Below are positions 53,964 through 64,000 of a DNA stretch of 64,000 bases, piece after piece (the stretch's first letter is position 1; each line of letters starts with the position of its first letter). The notes beneath the pieces are model-generated. The model was not told the origin of the DNA, searched no databases, and saw nothing but the letters and a program-made list of their open reading frames with translations. Source of the stretch: an uncultured Acidobacteriota bacterium (lineage in GTDB: Bacteria; Acidobacteriota; UBA6911); assembly GCA_963843575.1 (NCBI GenBank), contig CAWJKZ010000018.1, positions 1 to 64,000 on the forward strand, written 5' to 3'. The position numbers were made by a program, and so were the translations under genes.

Positions 53964-56087
53964 ATGACCAGAAGATGCTGCTTCTTCGTAATGCTTGTTC
54001 CGGTGGTCGCGTGCCTGGCGACGCCGGTCTATTCTCTCCAGAACAGCGCCGGCAAAGTTTATCCCGCGATAACCCTGCCGGGCGAAGCAGGGGGGCCGAA
54101 GAATTACGTAATCCGGATCGGCGATGTCCAGGCCGTCGAGAATCCCGGGTTGGTGATTCTCGCGGACGGCTTGGACTCCGCCGGGAAGGGGAGCGTCGAT
54201 GTAAACGGCAACATCTACGCGATTCCAACGGCGCCCGCCGGCCTTTTGGCCAAGATAGTCATTCCTCTGAGGTCGGACCACCTGCGGTCCGGCCTGAACC
54301 GAATCTCGTATCCGAAAAGCGGGGCTACCTCCTGCGACGTGCTGGACTGCCGGCTCGAGGAGGTCAAGGAATCCTCCGCCCGCGTCGTTGGCCTGAGCTA
54401 TCTTCCGAAAGCTGCGGTGCCTTCGATCGCCGATTTCGACCTTGTCGCCGCCAGCACCGGCGCCGGCAAAAGGCGGGAGAGCGAACTGGTGCCATGGGCG
54501 CGGCGGGGACTGGTCAGATACTACCGCGCGGGAATCGACTTCAACCATCTCGACCGGTTGTTTGAGATGTTCAAGGAGGCGCGCATCAATCTGGCGATGC
54601 TGCAAACGGTGACGCCGGAAGACCTGCAAAGCGCAGAATACAAGAGATACAAGAACTTCATCGACCGCTGTCATGCGGCAGGCATCAAGGTGATGTTCGA
54701 CGGCGGCACGGGCAACGTGCGGCTGAACGCCATCTCCCTGGATAGCGTACTCCTCCATCCGGAGTGGAGAGACTGGATCGCCAAGGACGACCTGGGATTC
54801 CCCCGCTGGCGCACACCCGGCCGGTCTTTCTGGACGGACGTCAAGAACAGCGACTACCGGAAAGAGGTTCTGAAAGCCGCCGAGATTGCTGTGGACTCCG
54901 GGGCGGACGCCTTCTACTACGACTGGGCCATTGGCGGAACCAGCGACCTGATGCGTTTTTTCAACGACGTGCGCGAGATGACCGACCGCAAAGGCAAGAA
55001 CATCCCTATCTACGGCAACTGCAAGGGGAACATCCTCGTCGAGGAGCGCTGCGACTTCACCAAGTCCGAGGGTACAGAGGAAGCAGGCGTCTGGGATGGA
55101 AGGTGGGTGCACAATGTCGCTCAGGCACGCTTTTACTATGCCGCGGGCGAGGGTTGGAAGCCTTACGAGAGCAAGTACGAAGGAGCCGATCCGGGACGTC
55201 CGGATCCCGGCGCGCATGATGTCCGGGACGGCATGAAGCTCGGCTGGAAACGGCCCATCGCCGAAGCCGCGGCGTTCCAGTCCTTCTTTGCTATCGCCGA
55301 GGCGGGCAGAAAACTGCTGCAAGGCTGGATCCAGAAAGACAACGACCTCGCCATGACCGCCTGGGGGGATATTTGCCGGTACAACACGTTTCTTGCGGAT
55401 AATGAGGACCTCTACACCGATGTGCGGACCCTGAGCAACATCGGGTTGGTGGCGCCTCCGGTCATTCCCAGCTTCGAGATGTCGCTGCAGAGAGCGCCGC
55501 TCTACAATGCCCTGGCCGAGCTGAATTTCATGTACGATGTCGTGCTCCTCTCCAGGCTGAACGACAACAGCCTGGCGGGCTACAAAGCGATCGTGATCCC
55601 GGATGTCCCGTGGACGGACGAGAACCAATTGCGTGTGATCGAGAGATACAGACAGGCAGGCGGCCAGGTCCTGACGATCGGAAGCTCTGAGGAACTCCGG
55701 AAGATCGCTTCCGCAACATTGCCCGATTCTCTTTGTCAGGATATTCAGAAACAGCCTGTAAGGGACGATTTCAGACGGGAATTGCTCAAGCTCTCGGGAG
55801 ATCCGCTTGTCACGGTCCAGGGCGCCGGCTTCGTTATAGCGAACCTGGTCAGAAAGCAGGGAACCCAGCGGGTCATTGCGCACTTCGTGAATTATGGCCA
55901 GGCAGCCGACAATGTGAATGTCCGGCTAAACCTGGCGGGAGTCGTTAAGCAGGTTGACCCCAAGAGCATCCGGCTGCTCTCCCCGGACAACGTTCCCCGG
56001 CAGCTCCAAGACGTCTCCGTCCATGAGGCAACGGTGACATTTACCATGCCGAGGATCGATGTATACGACGTCGTGGTCGTTAATTAG
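53964..56087 (+). CDS. Secreted glycoside-hydrolase-like protein (TIM barrel plus beta-galactosidase-trimerisation-like domain)
   Basis: Signal peptide; FIDRCHAAGIKV, HPEW, GADAFYYDW; C-terminal YDVV...LAGYKAIVIP...GGQVL, HFVNY. Confidence 0.6.
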   Translation: MTRRCCFFVMLVPVVACLATPVYSLQNSAGKVYPAITLPGEAGGPKNYVIRIGDVQAVENPGLVILADGLDSAGKGSVDVNGNIYAIPTAPAGLLAKIVIPLRSDHLRSGLNRISYPKSGATSCDVLDCRLEEVKESSARVVGLSYLPKAAVPSIADFDLVAASTGAGKRRESELVPWARRGLVRYYRAGIDFNHLDRLFEMFKEARINLAMLQTVTPEDLQSAEYKRYKNFIDRCHAAGIKVMFDGGTGNVRLNAISLDSVLLHPEWRDWIAKDDLGFPRWRTPGRSFWTDVKNSDYRKEVLKAAEIAVDSGADAFYYDWAIGGTSDLMRFFNDVREMTDRKGKNIPIYGNCKGNILVEERCDFTKSEGTEEAGVWDGRWVHNVAQARFYYAAGEGWKPYESKYEGADPGRPDPGAHDVRDGMKLGWKRPIAEAAAFQSFFAIAEAGRKLLQGWIQKDNDLAMTAWGDICRYNTFLADNEDLYTDVRTLSNIGLVAPPVIPSFEMSLQRAPLYNALAELNFMYDVVLLSRLNDNSLAGYKAIVIPDVPWTDENQLRVIERYRQAGGQVLTIGSSEELRKIASATLPDSLCQDIQKQPVRDDFRRELLKLSGDPLVTVQGAGFVIANLVRKQGTQRVIAHFVNYGQAADNVNVRLNLAGVVKQVDPKSIRLLSPDNVPRQLQDVSVHEATVTFTMPRIDVYDVVVVN

Positions 56088-57177
56088 CAGGTGGCACTGT
56101 CAAGTTAATGACCACGGAGTGGTTTTCCCGATCTGCATTGCCGACCACTCGGCAGTAGGATCGGTCACGTTGAAATGGGTGACACGCCTGGTTCATCCGC
56201 CAGGATGACGCCTATAACTGAACAAATGAGGCGCTCCTTAACGACCGGTCAGCTCCCCCATAGAACCCAGAAACATTCCGGCACGGCTCACCAATAAAAT
56301 CAACAATTCAGGGGTTCCAGCCGGCACGCAGTCGGTGCCAGCCCCTACTGCCCACCATCACGACATTTCCGATTTCAGACGTCAACCGCCTGCAGCCGAC
56401 GCCTGTCACTTCTGACGTTCCAGGTTTCGGAAATATTCCGGCATGCCACGAAGCCCATCCAGCATCAGATTGTCTCCGGAACCGCTGACGGTAAATCCGA
56501 GCAGTTTCCTGTCAGACGAACCTGGCGCGGCTGATATCCGAGCGAAAGAGCTGATTCACCATGCCCACGAATTTCTGCCCCGGCTCCACCCGTTTGGCGG
56601 GGCGCGTCTTTCGAGAGTCGAACGAACGGACAAGCCCTGCTGCGAGGGCGGTATTTTAGCTCGAGATGGAGGACCGACGGCTCGACAGGGCGAGGTACGC
56701 TCTCCGGATCGGCATTGAGCTGCGCCCGGAGCGCGCAACGTGGTCCGTCCTGCCGCCGCATGAAAAGAGCACCCACGATATGCACGATTGCCTGGGCTAT
56801 GGCACCAGCCACCAAGGACACGAATCCGACCGGTTTTTGTTCTTGCTTCGGGAAGATCCTGCGCAGGTAGGCGAGGTCATAGGCCAGCTCTCCTCGACGG
56901 CGGACGCGCGCGCGGACGGCGGCCGCGCTGGAAATCGCGGCTCTCGTCGGGTTCCTCGCGGCTTTCTTCCTCGCACCGGGTCGGACCGGGTGAAGCGAGG
57001 GACGCGGCAGTCCGGGATGTGGATGCGGGGATCCGGGTTCCATTGCCGCCCCGAAGATCCCGGTGGCAGCGCCTCGGCTCACATCCCGGGAGGGTTACCG
57101 GTGTCCCTGAGCGCATCGCGCGCCGCAGCCAGTGCCAGTGTTCCGAAGCCCCCGACGAGGGCAATCTTCTGCGAGGT

Positions 57178-57474
57178 TCAGCCTATGCCCGAACAAGGGA
57201 CGGCGCCCGACAGCAATCCCGCAGCCATCGTCACGCTGAAGAGAGCGGCTGCCGCCGCAGCGAGCCAGGAGACCGCGCGCGGCCTAGAACGGCTCGAGCC
57301 GCGCCACGCTCCCGAGGCCAGGAGAAGGACGCCCGACGCGAGCACCAGCGCGTCCGCAGTGCGGGCACCCGTGACCAGGTAGGTCCAGCGCTGCCAGATG
57401 TCGGCGGCGCTCATCAGCGCTGCGACGGCGCCCAGCGCCACCATCCAGAATGTCAGGCTGTCGTTCCTGTTCAT
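57178..57474 (-). CDS. Small membrane protein, about 3 TM
   Basis: Hydrophobic 98-aa ORF just downstream of 57500-59443 on the same strand. Confidence 0.55.
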   Translation of the reverse strand: MNRNDSLTFWMVALGAVAALMSAADIWQRWTYLVTGARTADALVLASGVLLLASGAWRGSSRSRPRAVSWLAAAAAALFSVTMAAGLLSGAVPCSGIG

Positions 57475-57499
57475 ATCGTGATTCCAGTCCGAAGCCCCG

Positions 57500-59443
57500 T
57501 CATTCGTGCTTCGTGCCGGGATACCAGCCGCGCTCCCAGGGAAAAGCGAAGGTGGGGCGGAGCGCATAGCGGGTCATCCTGAACTGGAGCCGGGCACCGG
57601 CGCCCGGCTCCAGGCGCACGGCAAGCACGGGGCCGCTCAATGGCGTTGTGTTGCCGTCTACGGTTACTCCGTCGAACCGGTGTTCGCCGTAACCGCCGGC
57701 CTGAACGACCACCTCGCGAGGCTCGATCGCATTCAGGTTCACCAGCACGACGACAGCCGAATCGGCGCCGAGTTTTTCCACCAGCGCGCCGACATCCTCG
57801 GGAAGTCCGGCACGCCGCCTCACGGGATCGAAGTAGCGGAACCTGCTGTGCAGAACCCAGATGCGGCCGCGTGAGAAATACCCGCCGAGGGCCAGGTTCG
57901 TCAGCCCGTCGGTGGTCGCCGGATTCAGGTCCAGGAGATAGTCGGCCAGCCGAGAATCCGCCGTGGTCTCATCGGTCCGGATCATCTCCATCTTGTGCCG
58001 CACCCGCCCGAGATCGGCCCGGAGCGCCTTTTCCGGAAAATCGGGCAGCATGCCTTCCAGGAAGCCGAGCCACGCGGCGGTGCGGTCGGCTTCGGCATAG
58101 CCCTCATCGGAGGGCGGCGGCGCGTCGAAGCGGTCCACCACGGGCACCCGTTCGAGGTCCCGGCGGTCCATGGACCAGAGATAGATCTCCGCCAGGCGAT
58201 CCGTGTGCAGCTGGTCGGTGTAGTGATACCAGGCCGGAGCGCCGTTGTGCCCGTAGCCTCGCGGATCGCCGTACATCTGGGGGAGCAGCGTCTTGCCGTT
58301 ATCCACTTTCCTGTGCGCGTAAATGTTGTCCATCTGGCGGCGCAGGACTTGGACGTACGACTGGTCGCCGCTCAACAGCAGGGCGTTGCTGAACCCCGGC
58401 CAGGGCCCGGCGGTGAAATAGTTGCGGTGCGCGATCTGGCCGAGTTCTCCGTCAAATATGGTGAAGTTCCACCCGTAGGTGCCTTTCCACCACTGCCCGT
58501 GGTGTTCGCCTCCGGGGTTCCCGTCGAGTCCCACATCGCTCGGTATGTTGCCCGCCGTCTGCTCCGTGCGCTCCTTCCATGCACCCACGTAGTCGAGCAC
58601 CCAGCTGCGATATTTCATGTCTCCGGTGAGCATGAACGCGTTCAGCCCGAGTATGGTTGCCGCCAGATTGAGCGAATTGTCGCCGACGCTGTCGAGATAC
58701 TCGGCGCAGTGCGCCAGCATCTTTTCGTAATGCGCCTGGAGGTCGAGCATGCGGCCGCGGCCGGCGGGATTGTGCAGGAGATGGAAGGTGCCGGGAACCG
58801 GGTCGCCCACCCAATCGTACGTGGTTGCCCTGCGCAGCATCGGCCCCTTGCTGCCGTTCCAGAGGCTCTTGATGACCTTGCGTTCTGGGTCGTAGTTGGG
58901 TGCCTCCGGGTCCTCGCCCATGTACATGGCGGCGAAGCGCACGATGCGCGCGCGGTAGAGTTCGTCGTCGGGATCCGACAGGCCGAGCAGCAGGAAGGCG
59001 CGCATGCCTTCGCCCGTGTGAAACCAGTCGGACTGGGTGATGAACTCGCGGAGGTATGCGCCGTTGGCTGCCAACTCGGTCAGTTTCGTGCGGAGCTCGC
59101 CGTACTGTTTCCAGTGCCCTTCCTGCGCTTTCTTGTATAGCTGGAGAACCGCGTCGGATCCGCCTAGGGCGTGGAGCAGGGTCCAGTTCCAGAAGGTCTC
59201 GATGGCGTCGTCGGGGCCGTCAAGCGTGCCCCAACGCGGGGTATGAAGCAGGTATCCCCGCTCGTCGACGTACTTCGCGGCGAAGCGCTCGACTGCCGCG
59301 GAGTTGTAGCGCAGCAGTTCGCGCTCCAGCAGCGCCCACGCGGGAGCCTCCATCGGCGTTGCGATCCGGACCGTTGCTTCCGGCCCCTGCGGCCGCGCCA
59401 GGCCCAGCGCGAACATGAGACTGAGGGCAGGTAGGGCTTTCAT
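57500..59443 (-). CDS. Secreted conserved hypothetical protein (likely alpha/alpha-barrel enzyme)
   Basis: 647-aa ORF with signal peptide; WGTLDGPDDAIE, DWFHTGE, RFRYFDP..RRAGLPEDV. Confidence 0.75.
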   Translation of the reverse strand: MKALPALSLMFALGLARPQGPEATVRIATPMEAPAWALLERELLRYNSAAVERFAAKYVDERGYLLHTPRWGTLDGPDDAIETFWNWTLLHALGGSDAVLQLYKKAQEGHWKQYGELRTKLTELAANGAYLREFITQSDWFHTGEGMRAFLLLGLSDPDDELYRARIVRFAAMYMGEDPEAPNYDPERKVIKSLWNGSKGPMLRRATTYDWVGDPVPGTFHLLHNPAGRGRMLDLQAHYEKMLAHCAEYLDSVGDNSLNLAATILGLNAFMLTGDMKYRSWVLDYVGAWKERTEQTAGNIPSDVGLDGNPGGEHHGQWWKGTYGWNFTIFDGELGQIAHRNYFTAGPWPGFSNALLLSGDQSYVQVLRRQMDNIYAHRKVDNGKTLLPQMYGDPRGYGHNGAPAWYHYTDQLHTDRLAEIYLWSMDRRDLERVPVVDRFDAPPPSDEGYAEADRTAAWLGFLEGMLPDFPEKALRADLGRVRHKMEMIRTDETTADSRLADYLLDLNPATTDGLTNLALGGYFSRGRIWVLHSRFRYFDPVRRRAGLPEDVGALVEKLGADSAVVVLVNLNAIEPREVVVQAGGYGEHRFDGVTVDGNTTPLSGPVLAVRLEPGAGARLQFRMTRYALRPTFAFPWERGWYPGTKHE

Positions 59444-59799
59444 GGCCTCAGCCTACGCCGCGACGGCCACAAACGCCACGGATTTCCAGGGAGTGCGGCA
59501 GCTTATAAGCACTTCCTCGAAGGTGAGGCGGGCTTTGCCGGCGCCGGCAACCCAAGGCTGCCCCGGCTGTTGCGCCGCCGCGTCTGAGATGCCTCCACGG
59601 CCCGCCAGCGCCGAAATCCTCAACAGATCCCTGCGGCCGATCCCCGTCCAGATTCGATCCTTCATCGTTTGTGCCCCTGCATTCGCCCTCGATCCGACCC
59701 GCACCCTGACTCAGGACAGTCGCCGGCCCTGGCAGGTCGAAGACGGACTGCCACCATTGCGGACGCGAAGAGCCGTGGCTATGCGCTGGGGGCCTCGGA

Positions 59800-61077
59800 C
59801 TACCTGACCAGCGCGGCACCCAGGATTTCGCGCAGCCGCTTTGCGACGATCATATCTTCTCCCGGCTGGAGGGTCACCGATATGATCTGCAGTCGGTTCT
59901 TCTCTTCCGGGGACTTGGGCCCGGGCTTGCCCTCGTGGACGGCCGGGACGAGGCTCGGGTTGCTGTTGGTCAACACTTCGATCCGCGGCTCGCCTTCACG
60001 GAGCTTTCTGTCGCAATCCGCAACCGTCAGGCCGAACGCCTTCTCGTCCCAGTTCACGGTCAGGGTCGGATAGCGGTTGCCGCTTTCCGGGATCTTGATC
60101 TCCGTGGTTACGCCGGGGACGGTGGCAACGACCTTCGCGATCCGCTCCACACGCCGGTTCCACTCGCGGTTGAGCGCCCCCAGGTCCATGTGCATCCAGG
60201 CTTCGACGGCGGCGAGGCAACCCATGATCTCCTCTTTGCCGACCTTCATCGGCCGGCACACGGCGCCCTCGTAAGGGCTGCAGTTGGCCAGGGCCGCCTC
60301 GATCAGATCTTTGCGCCCCAGGAGCAGGCCCGAACACTGCGGCCCCATCAGCCCCTTGCCGCCGCTGAACGTGTAGAGGTCGCAGCCCATCTTCGCGTAC
60401 AACTTCAGGTTTTCGATGGGGGGTATCCCCGCGGCATCGTCGAGGAGGAGCGGCACCCGCGCGGCCTTCGTGATGGCAATCTGTTTTTCCAGGCGCTCCC
60501 CCAGATCCGTGGTGTAGATCATCGCGGTCTTCTCGCCGATGGCGTTCTGCAGCTCCGGTTCGCTATAGACGAGCACGAGCTTGCCGCCCGCAAGACGGAT
60601 GGCGCTGTCGAAAGCGCTGCGCCCTCCGCTCATCACCACTTCATATTTGAGCCCGGTCGTGTCGGGGAGCTGCCAGACGTGGTTCGGGTCGGCGCCGCCA
60701 ATGCATGCAGCGGTCGCCGCCGCCATCGCGCCGGCGGCCCCGGACGTCACCATGCCCGATTCGGCGCCCGACAATTCGGCGAGCCGTTTGCCCACGGCAT
60801 GCTGCAATTCGATGATGTCGACGAAATGCGCCGCGGCAGCCTGTTGCGCGGCACGTACCTCCGGCAGTTCCAGCGAACCGGTGAGGTAGGTCCATGTCCC
60901 GCGCGCGTTGATCAGCGGGCGCACTCCAATGCGGCGGTAGATCTCATCGGGGCGCGCTTTCCCGACCGTTTCCAGGACCTTCGCAAGAGTGTCCTTCGCG
61001 GCGATGGAACCCAGCAGCGGCAGAGCCGCCGCCCACTTCATAAATGCACGCCGGTCAAATCCAGGCTGATGATTCAT
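59800..61077 (-). CDS. SelA-like/DgaE-family PLP enzyme with Tat signal
   Basis: DRRAF; INARGTWT, VTSGAA, LDDAA, FSGGK, RPMKVGKEE. Alternative start 61092. Confidence 0.85.
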   Translation of the reverse strand: MNHQPGFDRRAFMKWAAALPLLGSIAAKDTLAKVLETVGKARPDEIYRRIGVRPLINARGTWTYLTGSLELPEVRAAQQAAAAHFVDIIELQHAVGKRLAELSGAESGMVTSGAAGAMAAATAACIGGADPNHVWQLPDTTGLKYEVVMSGGRSAFDSAIRLAGGKLVLVYSEPELQNAIGEKTAMIYTTDLGERLEKQIAITKAARVPLLLDDAAGIPPIENLKLYAKMGCDLYTFSGGKGLMGPQCSGLLLGRKDLIEAALANCSPYEGAVCRPMKVGKEEIMGCLAAVEAWMHMDLGALNREWNRRVERIAKVVATVPGVTTEIKIPESGNRYPTLTVNWDEKAFGLTVADCDRKLREGEPRIEVLTNSNPSLVPAVHEGKPGPKSPEEKNRLQIISVTLQPGEDMIVAKRLREILGAALVR

Positions 61078-61782
61078 GGTCGCCCTCTCCATTGTCTTGG
61101 TGCTGCTTCACGGCAATTACGGAGGTCTGCTCCCTGGTCCGGTCCGCATGTCGGATTCCTGTTACAGCGTTATTCGGGCCGGGTGACTTCTGCAGATTAT
61201 CGCAAAGACTGAAGGACGCATAGAATCTCCGCGACGTAATCGCTCCCGAGCCCATACCGCGATGTATATCCTTGGCCGGTCATTCGACCCAAAACACGGC
61301 ACCCCAATTCCGGAACGTGCGGCGAATCGCGCTTTCATCGGGCTTCTCCGGTTTGCGGAGCCGCGGCGCCCGGCTCCACGACCGCGAGCCCGCGCACGTC
61401 GACCTGGTCCAACTCGGAAACCGCCGAACCGGGTCCCGAGTTTTCCACCTCCGCGGTGTGCATTTTGCCGAGCGTTCCGCAGCACCGGATGCACTGGACG
61501 CTCCTGCCCCGGAGCAGCGCTACCTGAACCTCGAGATTCCGGGCCGGCGTGATGTCGCCGTGAACCGTCATCTCTGGGTTCACCGCATGAAGGGGCATCG
61601 CCACCGACGAAACAACGAACCGCAGCATGACCTGTATTTGCCGTTCATCCGCCCGAGTGGCGAAAAAAGGGCCCCAAAATGTCAAATAAGGCCCCCATAA
61701 AGGGAGACCAAAATGCGGTTTAGCAGTAAACTACAGGCGATTGAGCCGGGTCCGTCCCCGATTCCCGAGCAAGGAGTGGATC

Positions 61783-62907
61783 ATGAGGTCTCGAAATTTG
61801 ATGAGCCGGCGCGAGTTGCTGAGGGCCGGCCTTGCAGGGTCTGCGCTTCCGCTTCTCCCGTCCGTGCGGACGGTCTCGAAAGCTGCGGGATCCAGGCTGG
61901 GGATTCCGGGACCTTTCCCCGGGCGCGTGATTGCAGTCCGTCACCCCGGCAGCATCATCTCGGGCGCCTTTCAGGCGGCGCCGATCCGCGCGATGATGCA
62001 CAAGGGGATGGCCGCTCTGACGGGAGCCGAGGGGTGGGCCGACGCATGGCGGGTGTTCTTTGAGCCCGGGGATGTCGTGGGCATCAAGGTTAATCCCGTT
62101 GGCGCCCCTCACGTGATGTCCTGCGCCGAAGTCATTCACCAGGTCGTCGACGGGCTGAAGAGCGCCGGGATCCAAGCCGGGGACATCGTCGTCTACGATC
62201 GCTACCGCAGGGAGATCATCGGAGCCGGATTTGTCAAAATGCTGCCTGAAGGTGTGCGGTATTCAGCGGCCGCGGATCATTTCGAGCAGGTCCAGCTCGA
62301 TATCCAAGGTTATGACCCGGAGCACTATCTGGAGATGCCCCTCGTCACCCCGGGGCAGGATCCCTCGAGTCCGCACACCCGGCGCTCGCATGTCGCCAGG
62401 TTTCTCACCCGGGAGGTGAACAAACTCATCAACCTCCCTGTCGTGAAAGATCATCAGTCGGCCGGCGTAACCCTGGCCCTCAAGAACCTCTCGCACGGAC
62501 TGGTGAACAACGTCTTTCGCAGCCACTCCACCCCTACCCTGAACGCGTGCGGCGTCTTCATCCCTGCCGTCGTCAACCTTCCGGTGATTCGGGAGAAGAC
62601 CGTCCTGCACATCCTGGACGGCATAAAAGCCCTGTACCACGGAGGCCCGGGCGCCGATCCCCAATTCGTCTGGGAGCACAAGACTCTTTACTTCGCCACC
62701 GACCCGGTTGCACTCGATCGAATCGGGTGGAAGGTCATCGATGAAAAGCGGGTGCAGATGGGAATGAGCGCGGTCGCCGACGCCGCGCCCGATCGTCACG
62801 CCACGTTCCTGCGGCGTCAGCCTGAACACATCGAGATCGCGGGCGCGCTGGGATTGGGCGTGTGGGATGAAAAGAAGATCGACCTGCGCCGCTTCGAGCT
62901 TTCCTGA
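61783..62907 (+). CDS. DUF362-domain protein, Tat signal
   Basis: SRRELL; GDVVGIKVN, INLPVVKDH, GVTLALKN, DPVALD. Confidence 0.85.
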   Translation: MRSRNLMSRRELLRAGLAGSALPLLPSVRTVSKAAGSRLGIPGPFPGRVIAVRHPGSIISGAFQAAPIRAMMHKGMAALTGAEGWADAWRVFFEPGDVVGIKVNPVGAPHVMSCAEVIHQVVDGLKSAGIQAGDIVVYDRYRREIIGAGFVKMLPEGVRYSAAADHFEQVQLDIQGYDPEHYLEMPLVTPGQDPSSPHTRRSHVARFLTREVNKLINLPVVKDHQSAGVTLALKNLSHGLVNNVFRSHSTPTLNACGVFIPAVVNLPVIREKTVLHILDGIKALYHGGPGADPQFVWEHKTLYFATDPVALDRIGWKVIDEKRVQMGMSAVADAAPDRHATFLRRQPEHIEIAGALGLGVWDEKKIDLRRFELS

Positions 62908-63085
62908 ACCGTCCCCGGCTCGGGCACGGTCCGTTTCTCCGCACGATCGCTGGAGTGCAGCGGCTCGGCCGCCGCCGCAGGCCGCAATTCGGCATGGCGC
63001 CGAGGCGCCGGGTGTATCGGCCGTCGGACGTAAGTGTAAGCGGCGTCGAGCCGTCGAGCCGCCGCACTCCAGATGATCCTCATGA

Positions 63086-63559
63086 TCACCGTTGGTTGTA
63101 GGCCTTCTTCAACGCTGCAACGTCGATCTTCTTCATCTGGAGCATTGCTTCCATGACCCTTTTCGATTTTGCAGGATCAGGGTCGCTCAGCATCTCGCCC
63201 AGGACTCTCGGGTTGATTTGCCATGACAACCCGTACTTGTCCTTCAACCAGCCGCACTGCCCTTGTTCTCCGCCTGCAGACAGCTTCTGCCAAAGCTCGT
63301 CTACTTCCTGCTGCGCCTCGCAGTCGACGGAAAACGAGATGGCCTCGGTGAATTTGAACAGCGATCCACCGTTCAATGCTATGAACTGCTGCCCATCGAG
63401 CTCAAAGGCGACAGTCATGACACTACCCTTAGGCCCGGGCCCTGCATCTCCGTAGCGGGAGATCTTCAGGATCCTCGAATTCTTGAACGTCGAGACGTAG
63501 TAATTTGCCGCCTCCTCCGCCTGGGTGTCGAACCACAAAAACGGGCTGATTTTCTGCAT
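63086..63559 (-). CDS. VOC/PhnB-like (3-demethylubiquinone-9 3-methyltransferase family) protein
   Basis: [36 protein letters not shown]. Confidence 0.93.
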   Translation of the reverse strand: MQKISPFLWFDTQAEEAANYYVSTFKNSRILKISRYGDAGPGPKGSVMTVAFELDGQQFIALNGGSLFKFTEAISFSVDCEAQQEVDELWQKLSAGGEQGQCGWLKDKYGLSWQINPRVLGEMLSDPDPAKSKRVMEAMLQMKKIDVAALKKAYNQR

Positions 63560-63697
63560 CCGGCATTCTCCTTATCGCGGCGCTGGAGCCGATCTCCTGG
63601 CGCCGGTACGTTTGTTATGGAATCAGCTGCGGCCTGTCGCAAGGCAGGTGTGCCGAACTCGCACGAGCGAGTCGGCCGCCGGGAGTCGATTTTCAGG

Positions 63698-64000
63698 TCA
63701 GTGTTCCGGTGAAACGACGATGGTGAAGACGGCTTCGTCCGGCAGGTCGAAACGGACAAGAGCCGCGCGGGTCACGAGGACGGTCCCGACTCTGGCGCAG
63801 TCCAAGTCCCGCGTTGTGAGATACAGTTCGCAGCGGAGGTTCTCGGCTTGAGGGAGAGTGACTTCCACCGGCCCGGCGCTCTCCTTTACACCCACGATGA
63901 TCAGCCTGCCGGTGGAACCGTCGTGGAACCCGGAGACGACGGCGCGGTCCGAGGGGAAGTCGGCCGCGATGCGCTGCGCCCCGGGAGGCACGAAGCGGTA
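63698..64000 (-). CDS. C-terminal part of a GH30-like glycoside hydrolase (cut by the window end)
   Basis: YRFVPPGAQRI followed by a beta-sandwich ending LPDEAVFT. Confidence 0.55.
   Translation of the reverse strand, partial: YRFVPPGAQRIAADFPSDRAVVSGFHDGSTGRLIIVGVKESAGPVEVTLPQAENLRCELYLTTRDLDCARVGTVLVTRAALVRFDLPDEAVFTIVVSPEH

Noticed and set aside
53523-55883. 786-aa minus-strand ORF
   Set aside because: Antisense to the signal-peptide-bearing 53964-56087 gene; no motifs.
56090-57170. Possible IS end (GGCACTGTCAAGTTAA), hairpins and overlapping ORFs
   Set aside because: No recognisable protein motif or matching second end; cannot be supported.
59800-61077. True selenocysteine synthase selA
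   Set aside because: Has a Tat leader and the MKVGKEE motif, and no selB/selC/selD is present.
1-64000. CRISPR array, rRNA or riboswitch
   Set aside because: No regularly spaced repeats or recognisable RNA signatures seen by eye; an Rfam scan would be needed to exclude small RNAs.

Overview
GC-rich bacterial DNA, probably Acidobacteriota (inferred from the carboxypeptidase-domain TonB receptor and the Tat-exported glycan enzymes). It has four parts. (1) 1-5.4 kb is a decayed junction with a tRNA-Lys(CTT) 3' fragment that looks like an att site, and several broken genes. (2) 2.7-27.5 kb is a LacI-controlled glycan/sugar-acid utilisation locus: TonB receptor, GH27/36 and GH36 galactosidases, a PL26/YetA-like protein, GH88/105, lactonase, enolase-family dehydratase, SDRs and a MetE-like enzyme, with a shared operator seen 3-4 times. 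(3) 28.5-53.7 kb is the highlight: a ~25-kb lipid cluster with a fused FAAL-ACP-alpha-oxoamine synthase (Spt-like), a bacterial ceramide-synthase-like GNAT, a CerR-like reductase, GT21-like and GT4 glycosyltransferases, a PIG-L deacetylase, two radical SAM enzymes, an ABC-2 exporter, an orphan TRAP binding protein and an iterative ER-ER-KS-AT-ACP-KR-DH PKS with its PPTase. I infer a PKS-fed, radical-SAM-modified glycosphingolipid pathway. It is bounded by an IS remnant carrying a captured 425-bp gene fragment and by a tyrosine-integrase remnant. (4) 54-64 kb holds accessory hydrolase, PLP-enzyme and other genes. Many genes carry 1-bp frameshifts, which may be long-read errors. All family calls come from motif recognition by eye, not database searches.
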